Positions 47,248 to 57,985 of a stretch of 64,000 nucleotides of DNA are shown in pieces (the first letter of the stretch is position 1; every line of letters starts with the position of its first letter). Source of the stretch: an uncultured bacterium (GTDB lineage Bacteria; Fermentibacterota; Fermentibacteria; Fermentibacterales; Fermentibacteraceae); contig CAZMTK010000008.1 of assembly GCA_964569245.1 (NCBI GenBank), forward strand, positions 30,938 to 94,937, given 5' to 3'. The translations under genes and the position numbers were made by a program. The notes under the pieces were generated by a model that was not told the origin of the DNA, did no database searches, and saw only the letters and a program-made list of their open reading frames with translations.

Positions 47248-47688
47248 TCATTTCCAGCTCTTCCAGGCCATCCTGAGCCTGGGCCAGTTCCTCCTTCTCC
47301 AGAGCATGCTGAAGAAGCCGGGGGACGAGGGGTAGGCCTTCCAGTCCATGGCGAGGTGCAGCAGAATCCCTCCCGAGACTCCGTACAGGAACAGGCTCCC
47401 GGAAAGGAGCGCGAGCAGCGCAGGCAGGAGGGCCATCTCCACGTCGTGCAGGACCGGGAAGGCCCAGGAGGCCGGGACTCCCCGCTTGAAGCCGTGCTCC
47501 CTCTCCAGCCTGCGCTGGTCCTTGAACGCTGCGCTCGCGAGACCGCGAAGGCTGGAGGGCATGCCTCTCCCGATGTAGTGCTCGATGTGGTCCACATCGA
47601 GGAGCGAGCCGAATGCGGCGAAGCCGGCCCCCGCCTCGGGGAAGCCGGCCAGCCAGATGGCGGCTCCCGCAGCAGCCGATGCCGCCAT
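47248..47688 (-). CDS. Small hydrophobic protein, possibly a membrane-bound metal-dependent hydrolase-like (YdjM/DUF-like) protein
   Basis: Internal start MAASAAAG at 47688 (verified CAT). Four hydrophobic segments with His/Asp-containing loops (VDHIEHY, HLAMDW). The longer track ORFs 47174-48004 and 47248-47943 are out of context with the convergent neighbour. Confidence 0.4.
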   Translation of the reverse strand: MAASAAAGAAIWLAGFPEAGAGFAAFGSLLDVDHIEHYIGRGMPSSLRGLASAAFKDQRRLEREHGFKRGVPASWAFPVLHDVEMALLPALLALLSGSLFLYGVSGGILLHLAMDWKAYPSSPGFFSMLWRRRNWPRLRMAWKSWK

Positions 47689-47878
47689 GTGGGCCGATGC
47701 CTTCACGAGCTTGCCCCCGGGCTTCCGAAGCAGCCTGCCGATCCGCGATCCATGCCGGGAATGTAGGAGAGCCCGCCCCGTCCTGCCAGTGTCCCCGTGT
47801 CGTCTCGAAGCGTCGCAGTGTATGTTCCGCCGACAGGGAGACGGCCGCCTGACGGCTCGAGGGACTGCGGAGGGGGAG

Positions 47879-48970
47879 ATGAAGAGGATCCGGTGCAAGT
47901 TCTGTGGAACGCTCCTCGGGGCGGGAGACGAGAACTGCGGCAACTGCGGCGCTCCCGTGGAGCCCGACCTTCAGGAGGCTCCAGAAGCGGATGAGAGTCC
48001 GCATGTCCTCGCCGAAGGAACCGGAACGACCGTCTCCTCGCAGACCACGGTCACTACGCAGCCATCGGGTTGTGGATGCGGGCCGAAGATCCTCGTGGCG
48101 ATCATCTTCGCCGCAGTCGTGATCCCGATACTCGCGGCGGTAGTCATCCCGGCGGTGATCGGCTACGCCCGGCGCTCGCGGGAGGCCGGGGCCGCCACGA
48201 GGACTCCCGAGGAGAATGGGGCGGTTCTGACGCCCGCTCCGATGCCCGATTCGGTCTACAGGTCATTCCTGGTCGACGGGGAGAACACGGTCGAGACCGT
48301 GTGGCCCAGAGTCCTTCTTGACTGCCCCGACAGCTGCGCCTGGCTCGAGCCCTATCAGCCCTCTGCGGCATTCCTCGTTGAAGTCTCCAGCGAACGCTCG
48401 CTCTGCAGGTTCTACGCAACGGCACCGTTCGACCTGGTCATGGCGCTTCTCGAGAGGCGCGAGGACGGCACTCTGCGATTTCTGCGGTACAACGACGATA
48501 CCGTGGGCAGGAATCCCAGGATAGACGAGATTCTCCGCCGCGGCGAGTACCTGGTGCTGGTCGCCCCCCTCTCGAGCTTCGACGCCGGGGAGCTCTCCTT
48601 CGTCTGGGAGGTCGTGCAGGAGGAGATACCGGTGCTCGCGCCGGACACCGTCTTCACCGCGGAGCTCACCGAGCTCGCGCCGCGGGCCGTCTTCTTCGTA
48701 GACATCCGAAGGGACAGCGTATATACAATCCAGGCCGCCAGCGACGATCTTGACTCCTATGTCGAGCTGCGCACGGCGCAGGGCATCATTCTCTCCGACG
48801 ATGACGGAGGGGGCGGCTGGAACGACTCCCGACTGGTGTTCGAGGCATCCGCTCTTCATGCCGGGGAGGCTCTCCTCGTGGTGAGATCGTACAGCGAGTA
48901 CAGCCCGGACTACGGACAGGTCTCGATAGGCTTCTCGGAGGGCACGGCTCCTGCGCCGCCGCTCCGATGA
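47879..48970 (+). CDS. Zinc-ribbon membrane protein with periplasmic C-terminal beta-rich domain
   Basis: Start MKRIRCKFCG at 47879 after GGAGGGGGAG. Two CxxC pairs (zinc ribbon), a TM helix (ILVAIIFAAVVIPILAAVVIPAVIG), then a ~250-aa domain of unknown family. Confidence 0.55.
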   Translation: MKRIRCKFCGTLLGAGDENCGNCGAPVEPDLQEAPEADESPHVLAEGTGTTVSSQTTVTTQPSGCGCGPKILVAIIFAAVVIPILAAVVIPAVIGYARRSREAGAATRTPEENGAVLTPAPMPDSVYRSFLVDGENTVETVWPRVLLDCPDSCAWLEPYQPSAAFLVEVSSERSLCRFYATAPFDLVMALLERREDGTLRFLRYNDDTVGRNPRIDEILRRGEYLVLVAPLSSFDAGELSFVWEVVQEEIPVLAPDTVFTAELTELAPRAVFFVDIRRDSVYTIQAASDDLDSYVELRTAQGIILSDDDGGGGWNDSRLVFEASALHAGEALLVVRSYSEYSPDYGQVSIGFSEGTAPAPPLR

Positions 48971-49016
48971 GGCGCGCGGAGCCGGGCACCGTTCGGCGCG
49001 CCCGGTGTTTCTCTCT
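48971..49016 (+). terminator. Possible intrinsic terminator after the 47879-48970 gene
   Basis: GGCGCGC ... GCGCGCC stem flanking a GC-rich loop, followed by a GTTTCTCTCT T-rich tract. Confidence 0.3.
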
Positions 49017-49066
49017 GTCGCACTGATCGACATGAGCGTCACTGAGACGCAGGACATGGAGAAGAC

Positions 49067-50209
49067 ATGGCAGTCCCGTTCCTCGACCTGAAGCAGCAGT
49101 ACCGTCAGATCGCCGGAGAGGTGAGGCGCGAGCTGGACGAGGTCATGGAGAGCACGGCGTTCGTTCTGGGTCCGAAGGTGAAGGCTTTCGAGGAGCGGTT
49201 CGCCGCTCTCTGCGGAACGAGACACTGCATAGGGCTCTCCAGCGGAACAGCGGCGGTGCACGCGATGATCTGGGCCGCGGACCTGCCTGCAGGAAGCGGA
49301 GTAGTACTGCCGCCCAACACGTTCACGGCGACGGCCGAGGGCGTGATACTCGCAGGGCACGTGCCTGTGTTCGTGGATGTCGAGAAGGGAACGTGGAACC
49401 TCTGTCCCCGTCGCACCGAGGCCTTTCTTGAGGAGAACGACGGGCCTGGAGGCCCGATCGACCCCGGAACTGGCGCCGTGATCCGTGCGATCCTCCCGGT
49501 TGACCTCTACGGCCACCCTGCGGACCTCCCGGCCTTCGAGGCCATAGCCGAGAAGCGGGGCCTCCTCCTGTTCGAGGACGCCTGCCAGGCTCATGCCGCC
49601 TCGCTGGGGGGCAGGCAGGCAGGCTCGTTCGGCATGGCCGCGGCGTTCAGCTTCTATCCGGGCAAGAATCTGGGCGCCTATGGAGAGGGCGGCGCCGTGA
49701 CCACAGATTCCGACGAGCTGGCAGCCAGGGTCAGAACGCTCCGGGACCATGGCTCGTCAGAGAAGTACTTCTACTCGATGACTGGCCACAACTACCGCAT
49801 GGAGGCCTTCCAAGGCGCTGTGCTGGGCGTCAAGCTCTCGCACCTCGAGCGCTGGAACGGGCAGCGCAGGGAGGCTGCCCGGAGATATTCCGAACTGCTG
49901 TCGGGTCTCCCCCTGGAGCTGCCCGTCGAGATGCCCGGTGCGAAGCATGTGTACCATCTCTATGCCGCGCACACGGACAGGCGGGACGGCTTGGCCGCCT
50001 TCCTGAGGGAGAGGGGCATCGGCACCGGCCTCCACTACCCGCATCCCCTGCATCTGCAGAAGGCCTACGCATACCTTGGCCACCGGGAGGGCGACTTCCC
50101 CGTGAGCGAATACAACAGCTCACGGAACATCACCCTGCCGATGTTCCCGGAGATAACGCCCGACCAGCAGGCCGAGGTGGCCGCAGCGATGAGCGAGTTC
50201 TTCGCCTGA
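49067..50209 (+). CDS. DegT/DnrJ/EryC1/StrS-family PLP-dependent sugar aminotransferase
   Basis: 380 aa; family-typical start (FLDLKQQY), PLP-lysine region (SFYPGKNLGAYGEGG) and a C-terminal HYPxPLHLQ block. Confidence 0.9.
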   Translation: MAVPFLDLKQQYRQIAGEVRRELDEVMESTAFVLGPKVKAFEERFAALCGTRHCIGLSSGTAAVHAMIWAADLPAGSGVVLPPNTFTATAEGVILAGHVPVFVDVEKGTWNLCPRRTEAFLEENDGPGGPIDPGTGAVIRAILPVDLYGHPADLPAFEAIAEKRGLLLFEDACQAHAASLGGRQAGSFGMAAAFSFYPGKNLGAYGEGGAVTTDSDELAARVRTLRDHGSSEKYFYSMTGHNYRMEAFQGAVLGVKLSHLERWNGQRREAARRYSELLSGLPLELPVEMPGAKHVYHLYAAHTDRRDGLAAFLRERGIGTGLHYPHPLHLQKAYAYLGHREGDFPVSEYNSSRNITLPMFPEITPDQQAEVAAAMSEFFA

Positions 50210-50231
50210 AAGGCGACCGACAGCCGCTCTT

Positions 50232-50654
50232 CTAGGCCTCGTACAGCCCGCTGTCGCGGGTCGGCGGCGCCCCCGTGGCGGCTTCGTCCTCGTCGCCCAG
50301 GCCCATTCCCTCCAGCTCGCGCTCGACCTTCTCCGGGTCCTCCCCGGACTCCAGCCGCGTTATGGCTTCGTCGAGCTCCGGCCCCAGATCCTCCCCCATC
50401 TCGTCGGCCATGTGCCGGATGGCTCGGGCCATGGACCTGGGATCGCTTTCGTCGATGTCCGACAGGTCGGGGATGTCGTCCCCCGACGAAGAGGCAGCGA
50501 GGGAGCCCTTCCTCGAAGTCGAGAAGCTGCTCATGACCCGTTCCAGGCCCTTCGCCCCGCACTTCGGGCATGCCGGCCGGGGGTTCCCCGAGCTCTTCAC
50601 GAAGAACTGATAGATCACGTTGCACTTACTGCACAGATACTCGTAGATGGGCAT
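50232..50654 (-). CDS. FmdB-family zinc-ribbon protein with acidic C-terminal tail
   Basis: Start MPIYEYLCSKC at 50654 (verified) behind GGAGG. CxxC...CPKCG zinc ribbon; Asp/Glu-rich tail. Confidence 0.7.
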   Translation of the reverse strand: MPIYEYLCSKCNVIYQFFVKSSGNPRPACPKCGAKGLERVMSSFSTSRKGSLAASSSGDDIPDLSDIDESDPRSMARAIRHMADEMGEDLGPELDEAITRLESGEDPEKVERELEGMGLGDEDEAATGAPPTRDSGLYEA

Positions 50655-51574
50655 CAGAACCTCCATGCGGGAAGCCTGCATGCGTGAGCGAACACGCCGC
50701 TCCCCTGCACAAGTCCGGTCATGTCGGAGACGACCGGGCATTTCACCACGAAGGAAAAATAGAGTCTTTCGTCTGCAGTTCCCAGCAGGCCCTCGAGATT
50801 CCCCTGCCCCTTGGAGAGAAGCAGGTCGGCGTCGTCAATCTCGCGCTCCAGCCTGCCGTCGAGGAGGCCCCTCCTCACCGTGGGCGCGTCCAGCCCGGTG
50901 GGGATCACTCTTGCGTGATCGCAGATCCCCGCCAGGGAGGCGTCCCGGGCAGTCGCGTCGTTCATCACTGGAAGCGGCCTTACGGTGTACACGGCCTCGA
51001 CGCCGTCGGGCAGCAGCTCCAGGAACAGCAGGTCCAGCACCGACTCCCCTGCGTTGTCGCCGAACACTACGAGCTTCCGGGCTCCGCGCAGCCTGTCGCA
51101 GAACTCCCCGGAATCGTCCAGGACGGGGGGCGTGAAGAGAGTCCGGGACAGCTCCTCCACGGACGGCAGAGAGCGGCCCTGCGCCACGTCTATGAGGTTG
51201 CCCATCGTAGAGGCCGCCAGAGCCGCCCGCATCGGGTCCGTCGAAGCGGAGACCCTGCTCCTGATGCAGTCGAGGATCTCGAGGAGGCCGAGTGTGAACT
51301 CGTCCTTGACGCTCTCGTACACGTCGCGGTTCTGGAAGCGTCCCCTGAGGTCCCTGTATGCGGCGGCCCCGGCCAGAGGCGGCGGCATGCAGGCGAGCCC
51401 TCTCTCTATGTCGGCCAGATATCTCTCGAGGAGAACCTTTCGCTCCTCAGGCGGAAGGCATCCAGCCTCCATGAAGGCGGTGAGCCCCCTGCCGAAGCAG
51501 TCCAGACAGCGTCGGTCCGGCAGCTCAGCGCTCCCTCGAGAGCCCCAGGAACAGCTCGTGGACTCTCGAATCAC
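50654..51574 (-). CDS. DUF89 (ARMT1-like) metal-dependent damage-control phosphatase family protein
   Basis: VVFGDNAGESVLDLLF and LLSKGQGNLEGL blocks resemble the DUF89 family. The start is uncertain: the track start overlaps pdxT by 50 nt, and MEAGCLPP at 51472 is an alternative. Confidence 0.6.
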   Translation of the reverse strand: MIRESTSCSWGSRGSAELPDRRCLDCFGRGLTAFMEAGCLPPEERKVLLERYLADIERGLACMPPPLAGAAAYRDLRGRFQNRDVYESVKDEFTLGLLEILDCIRSRVSASTDPMRAALAASTMGNLIDVAQGRSLPSVEELSRTLFTPPVLDDSGEFCDRLRGARKLVVFGDNAGESVLDLLFLELLPDGVEAVYTVRPLPVMNDATARDASLAGICDHARVIPTGLDAPTVRRGLLDGRLEREIDDADLLLSKGQGNLEGLLGTADERLYFSFVVKCPVVSDMTGLVQGSGVFAHACRLPAWRF

Positions 51575-52106
51575 CCGTCAGCTCCGGATGGAAGGACGAC
51601 AGCCAGACGCTTCCCTCGCGCAGGAACACGGCTCCTTCCTCGACCTTCGAGAGAACGCGCACCGCGGGGTCCATAGGCTGCAGCAGGGGGGCCCTTATGA
51701 ACACCCCGGGGAAGGGTTCGTCGAGACCTTCTATGCAGAGGTCCTGCACGAAGGAGTGGAGCTGGCGTCCGAAGGCGTTCCGCACTGCCCTCACCCTCGC
51801 GACGCCGAGGCTCCGCTGGCGTATCTCGTGCTCGCTCTCGGATATCTCGGAACAGAGGAGTATGGCTCCGGCGCAGGTTCCCCAGACAGGCAGGCCGCTC
51901 CTGGCGAGGGCTCTGATCGGGTCTGCGAGGGACCATCTGTCGAGCAGGCGGATGAGGGTCGTCGATTCGCCGCCCGGCAGCACCAGCGCCTCGATGCCGT
52001 CAAGATCCTCCGGCAGTCGCACCTCGACAACCTCGGCTCCGACAGCGCGCAGCATCGCCGCATGCTCCGCCACGCCGCCCTGGAGGGCGACGACACCGGT
52101 CTTCAA
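51525..52106 (-). CDS. pdxT: Pyridoxal 5'-phosphate synthase glutaminase subunit
   Basis: Class-I GATase with catalytic Cys in GTCAG; 193 aa. Confidence 0.9.
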   Translation of the reverse strand: MKTGVVALQGGVAEHAAMLRAVGAEVVEVRLPEDLDGIEALVLPGGESTTLIRLLDRWSLADPIRALARSGLPVWGTCAGAILLCSEISESEHEIRQRSLGVARVRAVRNAFGRQLHSFVQDLCIEGLDEPFPGVFIRAPLLQPMDPAVRVLSKVEEGAVFLREGSVWLSSFHPELTGDSRVHELFLGLSRER

Positions 52107-52116
52107 TGGAGGAGCG

Positions 52117-53007
52117 TCACCAGCCTCTCGAAGCCATCCGGTCTTCAGGCCTGAGGCTCGTCACGTTTATGCCCGTCATTGGTTCCCCGAGGCCGGCGGA
52201 GACCTCGGCGATGACCGAGGGCTTGTCGAACTGGCTGACGGCTTCTACGATGGCCTTCGCTCGCTTCTCCGGGTTGCCGCTCTTGAAGATGCCGCTGCCG
52301 ACGAATACGCCGTCCATGCCAAGCTGAATCATCAGCGCCGCATCGGCCGGAGTCGCGATGCCTCCGGCGGCGAAGTTGACCACGGGCAGACGACCCTCGT
52401 CGTGCACGAAGCACACGAGGTCGAACGGGGCTCCCAGCTCCCTGGCCGCAGTCATCAGCTCCTCGCGAGGAAGGCTCTTCAGCCGGGCGATCTCATCCAG
52501 TACGCATCTCGCATGCCTGACTCCCTCGACGATGTCCCCGGTGCCGGCCTCGCCCTTCGTCCTTATCATCGCAGCCCCCTCGCCGATGCGGCGGAGCGCC
52601 TCGCCGAGGTTCGTCGCGCCGCACACGAACGGGACCTTGAAGCTCCACTTGTCTATGTGATGCTTCTCGTCGGCGGGTGTGAGAACCTCCGACTCGTCTA
52701 TGAAATCGATCTCCAGAGCCTCCAGCACCTGGGCCTCGACGAAATGCCCGATGCGGCACTTGGCCATCACGGGGATCGTCACCGCCTCCTGGATGCGCCT
52801 GATGACCTCGGGATCGGACATCCTGGCGACGCCTCCCGCGGCCCTGATGTCGGCGGGAACCCTCTCGAGGGCCATGACGGCTACTGCGCCCGCCTCCTGA
52901 GCTATCCTGGCGTGCTCGGGCGTCACCACGTCCATTATCACGCCGCCCTTGAGCATCTGGGCGTGGCCCAGCTTCACCTGGTACACCGATTCCTCTCTCT
53001 GCTTCAT
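52117..53007 (-). CDS. pdxS: Pyridoxal 5'-phosphate synthase lyase subunit
   Basis: Near-canonical PdxS/SNZ sequence throughout ([20 protein letters not shown]); 296 aa. Confidence 0.95.
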   Translation of the reverse strand: MKQREESVYQVKLGHAQMLKGGVIMDVVTPEHARIAQEAGAVAVMALERVPADIRAAGGVARMSDPEVIRRIQEAVTIPVMAKCRIGHFVEAQVLEALEIDFIDESEVLTPADEKHHIDKWSFKVPFVCGATNLGEALRRIGEGAAMIRTKGEAGTGDIVEGVRHARCVLDEIARLKSLPREELMTAARELGAPFDLVCFVHDEGRLPVVNFAAGGIATPADAALMIQLGMDGVFVGSGIFKSGNPEKRAKAIVEAVSQFDKPSVIAEVSAGLGEPMTGINVTSLRPEDRMASRGW

Positions 53008-53008
53008 C

Positions 53009-53500
53009 TCATTCCTCTTCGCCCAGCGTTCCGAACAGGCGGGCCCCCGACTCGAGCCACGCGCTGTCGGCGCTGATCAGCTCGTCCTCCAGGGCGACCG
53101 ACCGGGCGGAATCGGGATGGCCGTCGCCATGGTAGAACATCCTAACCCTTCCGTAAGCCGCGAGATATCTCTTGCATGCCGCAAGGTAGTCCTCCAGCGC
53201 TTCGGAGACCGCCGGGCCGGCATCGAACGGCGGGCCCCCCCTGAAGGAGAGCAGAGCCGACGAGGCCCGGAGCCATCCGAGATCTAGCTGCCACAGCCGG
53301 ATCGGGGTATCGTTCCGGGCGGGACATTCAGGCACGGCCTCGAGATAGCTGTCAAGGAGCCCCCCCATCTCTCTGTCGAGCGTCAGGAGCCCGTGGCCGA
53401 AGCCATCCGCAACAGGCGCCGCAGCCTGCAGCACCGTCGCAAGAAGCGCTATCAGCCCAGACATGCCCGGATATATACTCCAGTCCCGGCTCGCGTGCAC
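53009..53500 (-). CDS. Hypothetical secreted protein
   Basis: Signal-like N-terminus ([17 protein letters not shown]). The stop abuts the pdxS start, so it is probably co-transcribed. Confidence 0.45.
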   Translation of the reverse strand: MHASRDWSIYPGMSGLIALLATVLQAAAPVADGFGHGLLTLDREMGGLLDSYLEAVPECPARNDTPIRLWQLDLGWLRASSALLSFRGGPPFDAGPAVSEALEDYLAACKRYLAAYGRVRMFYHGDGHPDSARSVALEDELISADSAWLESGARLFGTLGEEE

Positions 53501-53578
53501 GGGTGCTACTACGCGTCTTCTCGATGCGTTATGTTACTATGTTGTCATTCGTGCGCACAGGAAGGCGGTTCGAGGGCG

Positions 53579-54001
53579 ATGCAACCGGCTGCTCCCGATC
53601 TCCTCCAGCTCCGGCCATCACTGATTCCGCTTGCCGTCCTTGCCTCTCTGCTCTTCGCAGGCGCGGCTCCGGCCGGCCCTGTCGAGGATCTGGAGGCGAG
53701 GGGCCTTCCTGTGACCTCGGCAGCGCTGGAGGACACGGCATTCGTAGTCGCCATGGAGGGTTCCCTGACCGAGGGTGACACCCTCCTCAAGCGGTACGGC
53801 GGGGTCTTCTTCACCCTTCTCGACAGCATATCCGGCGGATGGCCGATAGTGGGCCTCTGCGTGGACATCCCGGGAAGCAGGCTGAGGTTCTCCAGGGTTG
53901 ACATGTACGAGGCACTGGATCAGATGAGATCGGGCGTCAGTGACGACAGGGTGGCTCTCTGGGTTCTCCAGCACACGAGAGTGTTCAGCCTGCAGCCCTG
54001 A
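53579..54001 (+). CDS. Hypothetical secreted protein
   Basis: Internal start MQPAAPDLL with signal peptide (LIPLAVLASLLFAGAAPA); 140 aa. The upstream extension of the track ORF is basic junk. Confidence 0.45.
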   Translation: MQPAAPDLLQLRPSLIPLAVLASLLFAGAAPAGPVEDLEARGLPVTSAALEDTAFVVAMEGSLTEGDTLLKRYGGVFFTLLDSISGGWPIVGLCVDIPGSRLRFSRVDMYEALDQMRSGVSDDRVALWVLQHTRVFSLQP

Positions 54002-54027
54002 GAAGAAGGGCGGTCTGCGCCTCCGTC

Positions 54028-55554
54028 TCAGCCCCTTTCCAGCATCTCCAGGAGTTCCGTGAAGGCGCCCGAGCCTATCAGTCCCTCCACGGCCTCGATG
54101 TCGGCTCCGAACTGCCGGTCTCCGTCGAGGGGCGTCGCCGCCGCTGATATCATCTCCAGAGCCTTCATGGTGCCCCTGCCCGGCCTGCCCCTTCCTGCAA
54201 GCCGGTGCGCCTGGAAGCCGCAGTAGAGCTCTGTGGCCACCACCCTCCGCACGTTCGTCGCGACCTCGGCGGCCTGCCTCGCCGCAGTGGTCCCCATCGA
54301 GACGTGATCCTCCTGGGCGCCGCTCACGCTGATGCTGTCGGAGCTCGCGGGATGGACCAGCACCTTGTTCTCGCTGACCAGCGAGGCGGCCGTGTACTGG
54401 GCGATCATCAAGCCCGAGTTGAGGCCCGGCTCCGGAGACAGGAACGCCGGGAGGCCGCTGAGGTCCGGGTTCAGCAGCCTTTCCATGCGTCTCTCTGAGA
54501 TGCTGCCCAGCTCGGCGACCGCCAGAGCCAGATGGTCGGAGGCCAGAGCTACCGGCTGGCCGTGGAAGTTCCCCCCGCTGACGAAGGAGCCGCTGCCGAG
54601 CATCAGCGGATTGTCGGTGGCCGAGGACAGCTCCACCGAGAGGGTCTCTTCGACGTATCTCATCGCATCGCGCGTGGCGCCATGGACCTGGGGGGTGCAT
54701 CTGAGCGAATAGGAATCCTGGACTCTCGGGCAGTCCCTGTGTGACAGGATGATCTCGCTGCCCTCCGTCATGCGCCTGAGGTTGGCGCCCGACGCCAGCG
54801 CCCCGGGGTGCGGCCTCAGCGACAGCAGCTCCTCGTCGAATGCGGCTCCCGTTCCGAGGAGCGCCTCCAGAGTGATCGCAGCTGCGGCGTCGGCCGCAGA
54901 GAGGATGTTCCGGGCGTCCAGCAGGGTGCAGGAGGCGATGGCTGTCATGACGGGCGTCCCGTTGATCAGTGCGAGACCCTCCTTTGCAGCGGGGCGGAGT
55001 GGCTCGAGGCCCAGTCTGGCAAGAGCCTCGCTTCCGCTGAGAGCCTCCCCTCCGGCAGTGCACATTCCCTCCCCCAGCAGCGGCAGGCACATGTGCGCGA
55101 GCGGGGCAAGGTCACCCGAGGCCCCCAGCGAGCCCTTGGATGGGATGACGGGAAGGATGTCGCCGTTGGCGAACGCAAGGAGCATCTCGACGGTCTCCGG
55201 CCGGATTCCCGAGCGGCCCCTCGCAAGGGAGGAAGCTCTCAGGAAGAGAGTCACCCTGACGACGTCGGAAGGCAGCGGTTCCCCGGTTCCGCATGCGTGG
55301 CTCCTCAGGAGGTTCACCTGGAGCAGCGATAGGTCCGCCGGGGATATCACGGTGGTAGCCAGGCGCCCGAAGCCCGTATTGATCCCATAGACGGGACGGG
55401 CCTCCAGCAGAAGCTCTTCCACCCGCCTCCTTGCGGCCTCCATGGATGCACGGGCATCCGCGCCCAGCCTTATCGCCGCCCCGCGTCTGACCGCCGACAC
55501 TTCGTCCAGGTTCGTTCCAGAGGTCCCGATTGTTATCGCGTGGTTCAAGATCAT
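54028..55554 (-). CDS. hutH: Histidine ammonia-lyase (MIO-dependent aromatic amino acid ammonia-lyase family)
   Basis: Start MILNHAITIGT at 55554 (verified). MIO tripeptide ASG in SLGASGDLAPLAHM. ~508 aa. Confidence 0.85.
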   Translation of the reverse strand: MILNHAITIGTSGTNLDEVSAVRRGAAIRLGADARASMEAARRRVEELLLEARPVYGINTGFGRLATTVISPADLSLLQVNLLRSHACGTGEPLPSDVVRVTLFLRASSLARGRSGIRPETVEMLLAFANGDILPVIPSKGSLGASGDLAPLAHMCLPLLGEGMCTAGGEALSGSEALARLGLEPLRPAAKEGLALINGTPVMTAIASCTLLDARNILSAADAAAAITLEALLGTGAAFDEELLSLRPHPGALASGANLRRMTEGSEIILSHRDCPRVQDSYSLRCTPQVHGATRDAMRYVEETLSVELSSATDNPLMLGSGSFVSGGNFHGQPVALASDHLALAVAELGSISERRMERLLNPDLSGLPAFLSPEPGLNSGLMIAQYTAASLVSENKVLVHPASSDSISVSGAQEDHVSMGTTAARQAAEVATNVRRVVATELYCGFQAHRLAGRGRPGRGTMKALEMISAAATPLDGDRQFGADIEAVEGLIGSGAFTELLEMLERG

Positions 55555-55819
55555 CTCCGTTCTCGACAACCGCCCGCTCCAACGCCGGAATATTGCCGCG
55601 TCCGGGGCTGGAACCCACTCCATAGGGGCTGTGCCAAACTGACCGGAGAACCAGCCTCCCACCTGCGATCCCGTTCATCCCTTCTCATTCCATATCTATG
55701 TTCTGCAAGTATTTACAACATCATGAATCGCCGGGCGTCCCTCTGGCATATCGTATGCTTCACACCTTGTCGGTGTCCGACTGAGTTCCTCAAGTACATC
55801 TCGAAAGGAGACATTGGCT

Positions 55820-56128
55820 ATGTCGACAAAGGTGCGCCCACTCTTCGACAGGGTCCTCGTGAAGCGCGAGGAGCCGCAGGAGACCGTGAGGGGAGGAATA
55901 GTCCTGCCCGACACCGCCAAGGAGAAGCCCCTCGAGGGCACCGTGATAGCCGTAGGAGACGGCAAGCGCAAGGAGGATGGGGAGGGGTTCGTGGCCCCCG
56001 TGGTCAAGGCGGGGGACAAGGTGCTCATCGGCAAGTACTCCGGTACAGAGGTGAAGATAGACGGGGACGAGTACGTCATAGTCCGCGAGGATGACATCCT
56101 GGCGGTCGTGGACACCAAGAAGAAGTAG
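55820..56128 (+). CDS. groES: Co-chaperonin GroES
   Basis: ATG at 55820 with AAGGAG 9 nt upstream (the track TTG at 55814 is less likely). Canonical GroES sequence. Confidence 0.95.
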   Translation: MSTKVRPLFDRVLVKREEPQETVRGGIVLPDTAKEKPLEGTVIAVGDGKRKEDGEGFVAPVVKAGDKVLIGKYSGTEVKIDGDEYVIVREDDILAVVDTKKK

Positions 56129-57784
<1,656 letters not shown>

Positions 57785-57827
57785 AAGCGGGATGATGCAT
57801 CCACCGGGCTGAGGCCCGGTGGAGGAC

Positions 57828-57858
57828 GGGCCCGGGGGCGCGAGTCCCCGGGCCCTTT
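57828..57858 (+). terminator. Possible terminator after groEL
   Basis: 10-bp GC stem GGGCCCGGGG/CCCCGGGCCC with 7-nt loop followed only by TTT. Preceded by a second GC hairpin at 57801-57822. Confidence 0.3.
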
Positions 57859-57985
57859 GCATGGAGCGGACCCTGCTGCCGGGCGCTACACTGAATACGC
57901 AGGGCCGGCCCTCACCTGCGACACTGCTCCCCCGCTCACCTGTGTCCGCATACTGTTCAAAGCTGCAGACCCGGGAGGACTTGTC

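Noticed and set aside
47174-48004. 276-aa and 231-aa overlapping minus-strand ORFs
   Set aside because: Only the distal 147 codons (from MAASAAAG) fit between the flanking genes and look membrane-protein-like. The longer versions overlap the well-supported zinc-ribbon gene start region and are basic/low-complexity.
55663-55819. CIRCE/HrcA operator upstream of groES
   Set aside because: Searched for TTAGCACTC...GAGTGCTAA by eye; it is absent.
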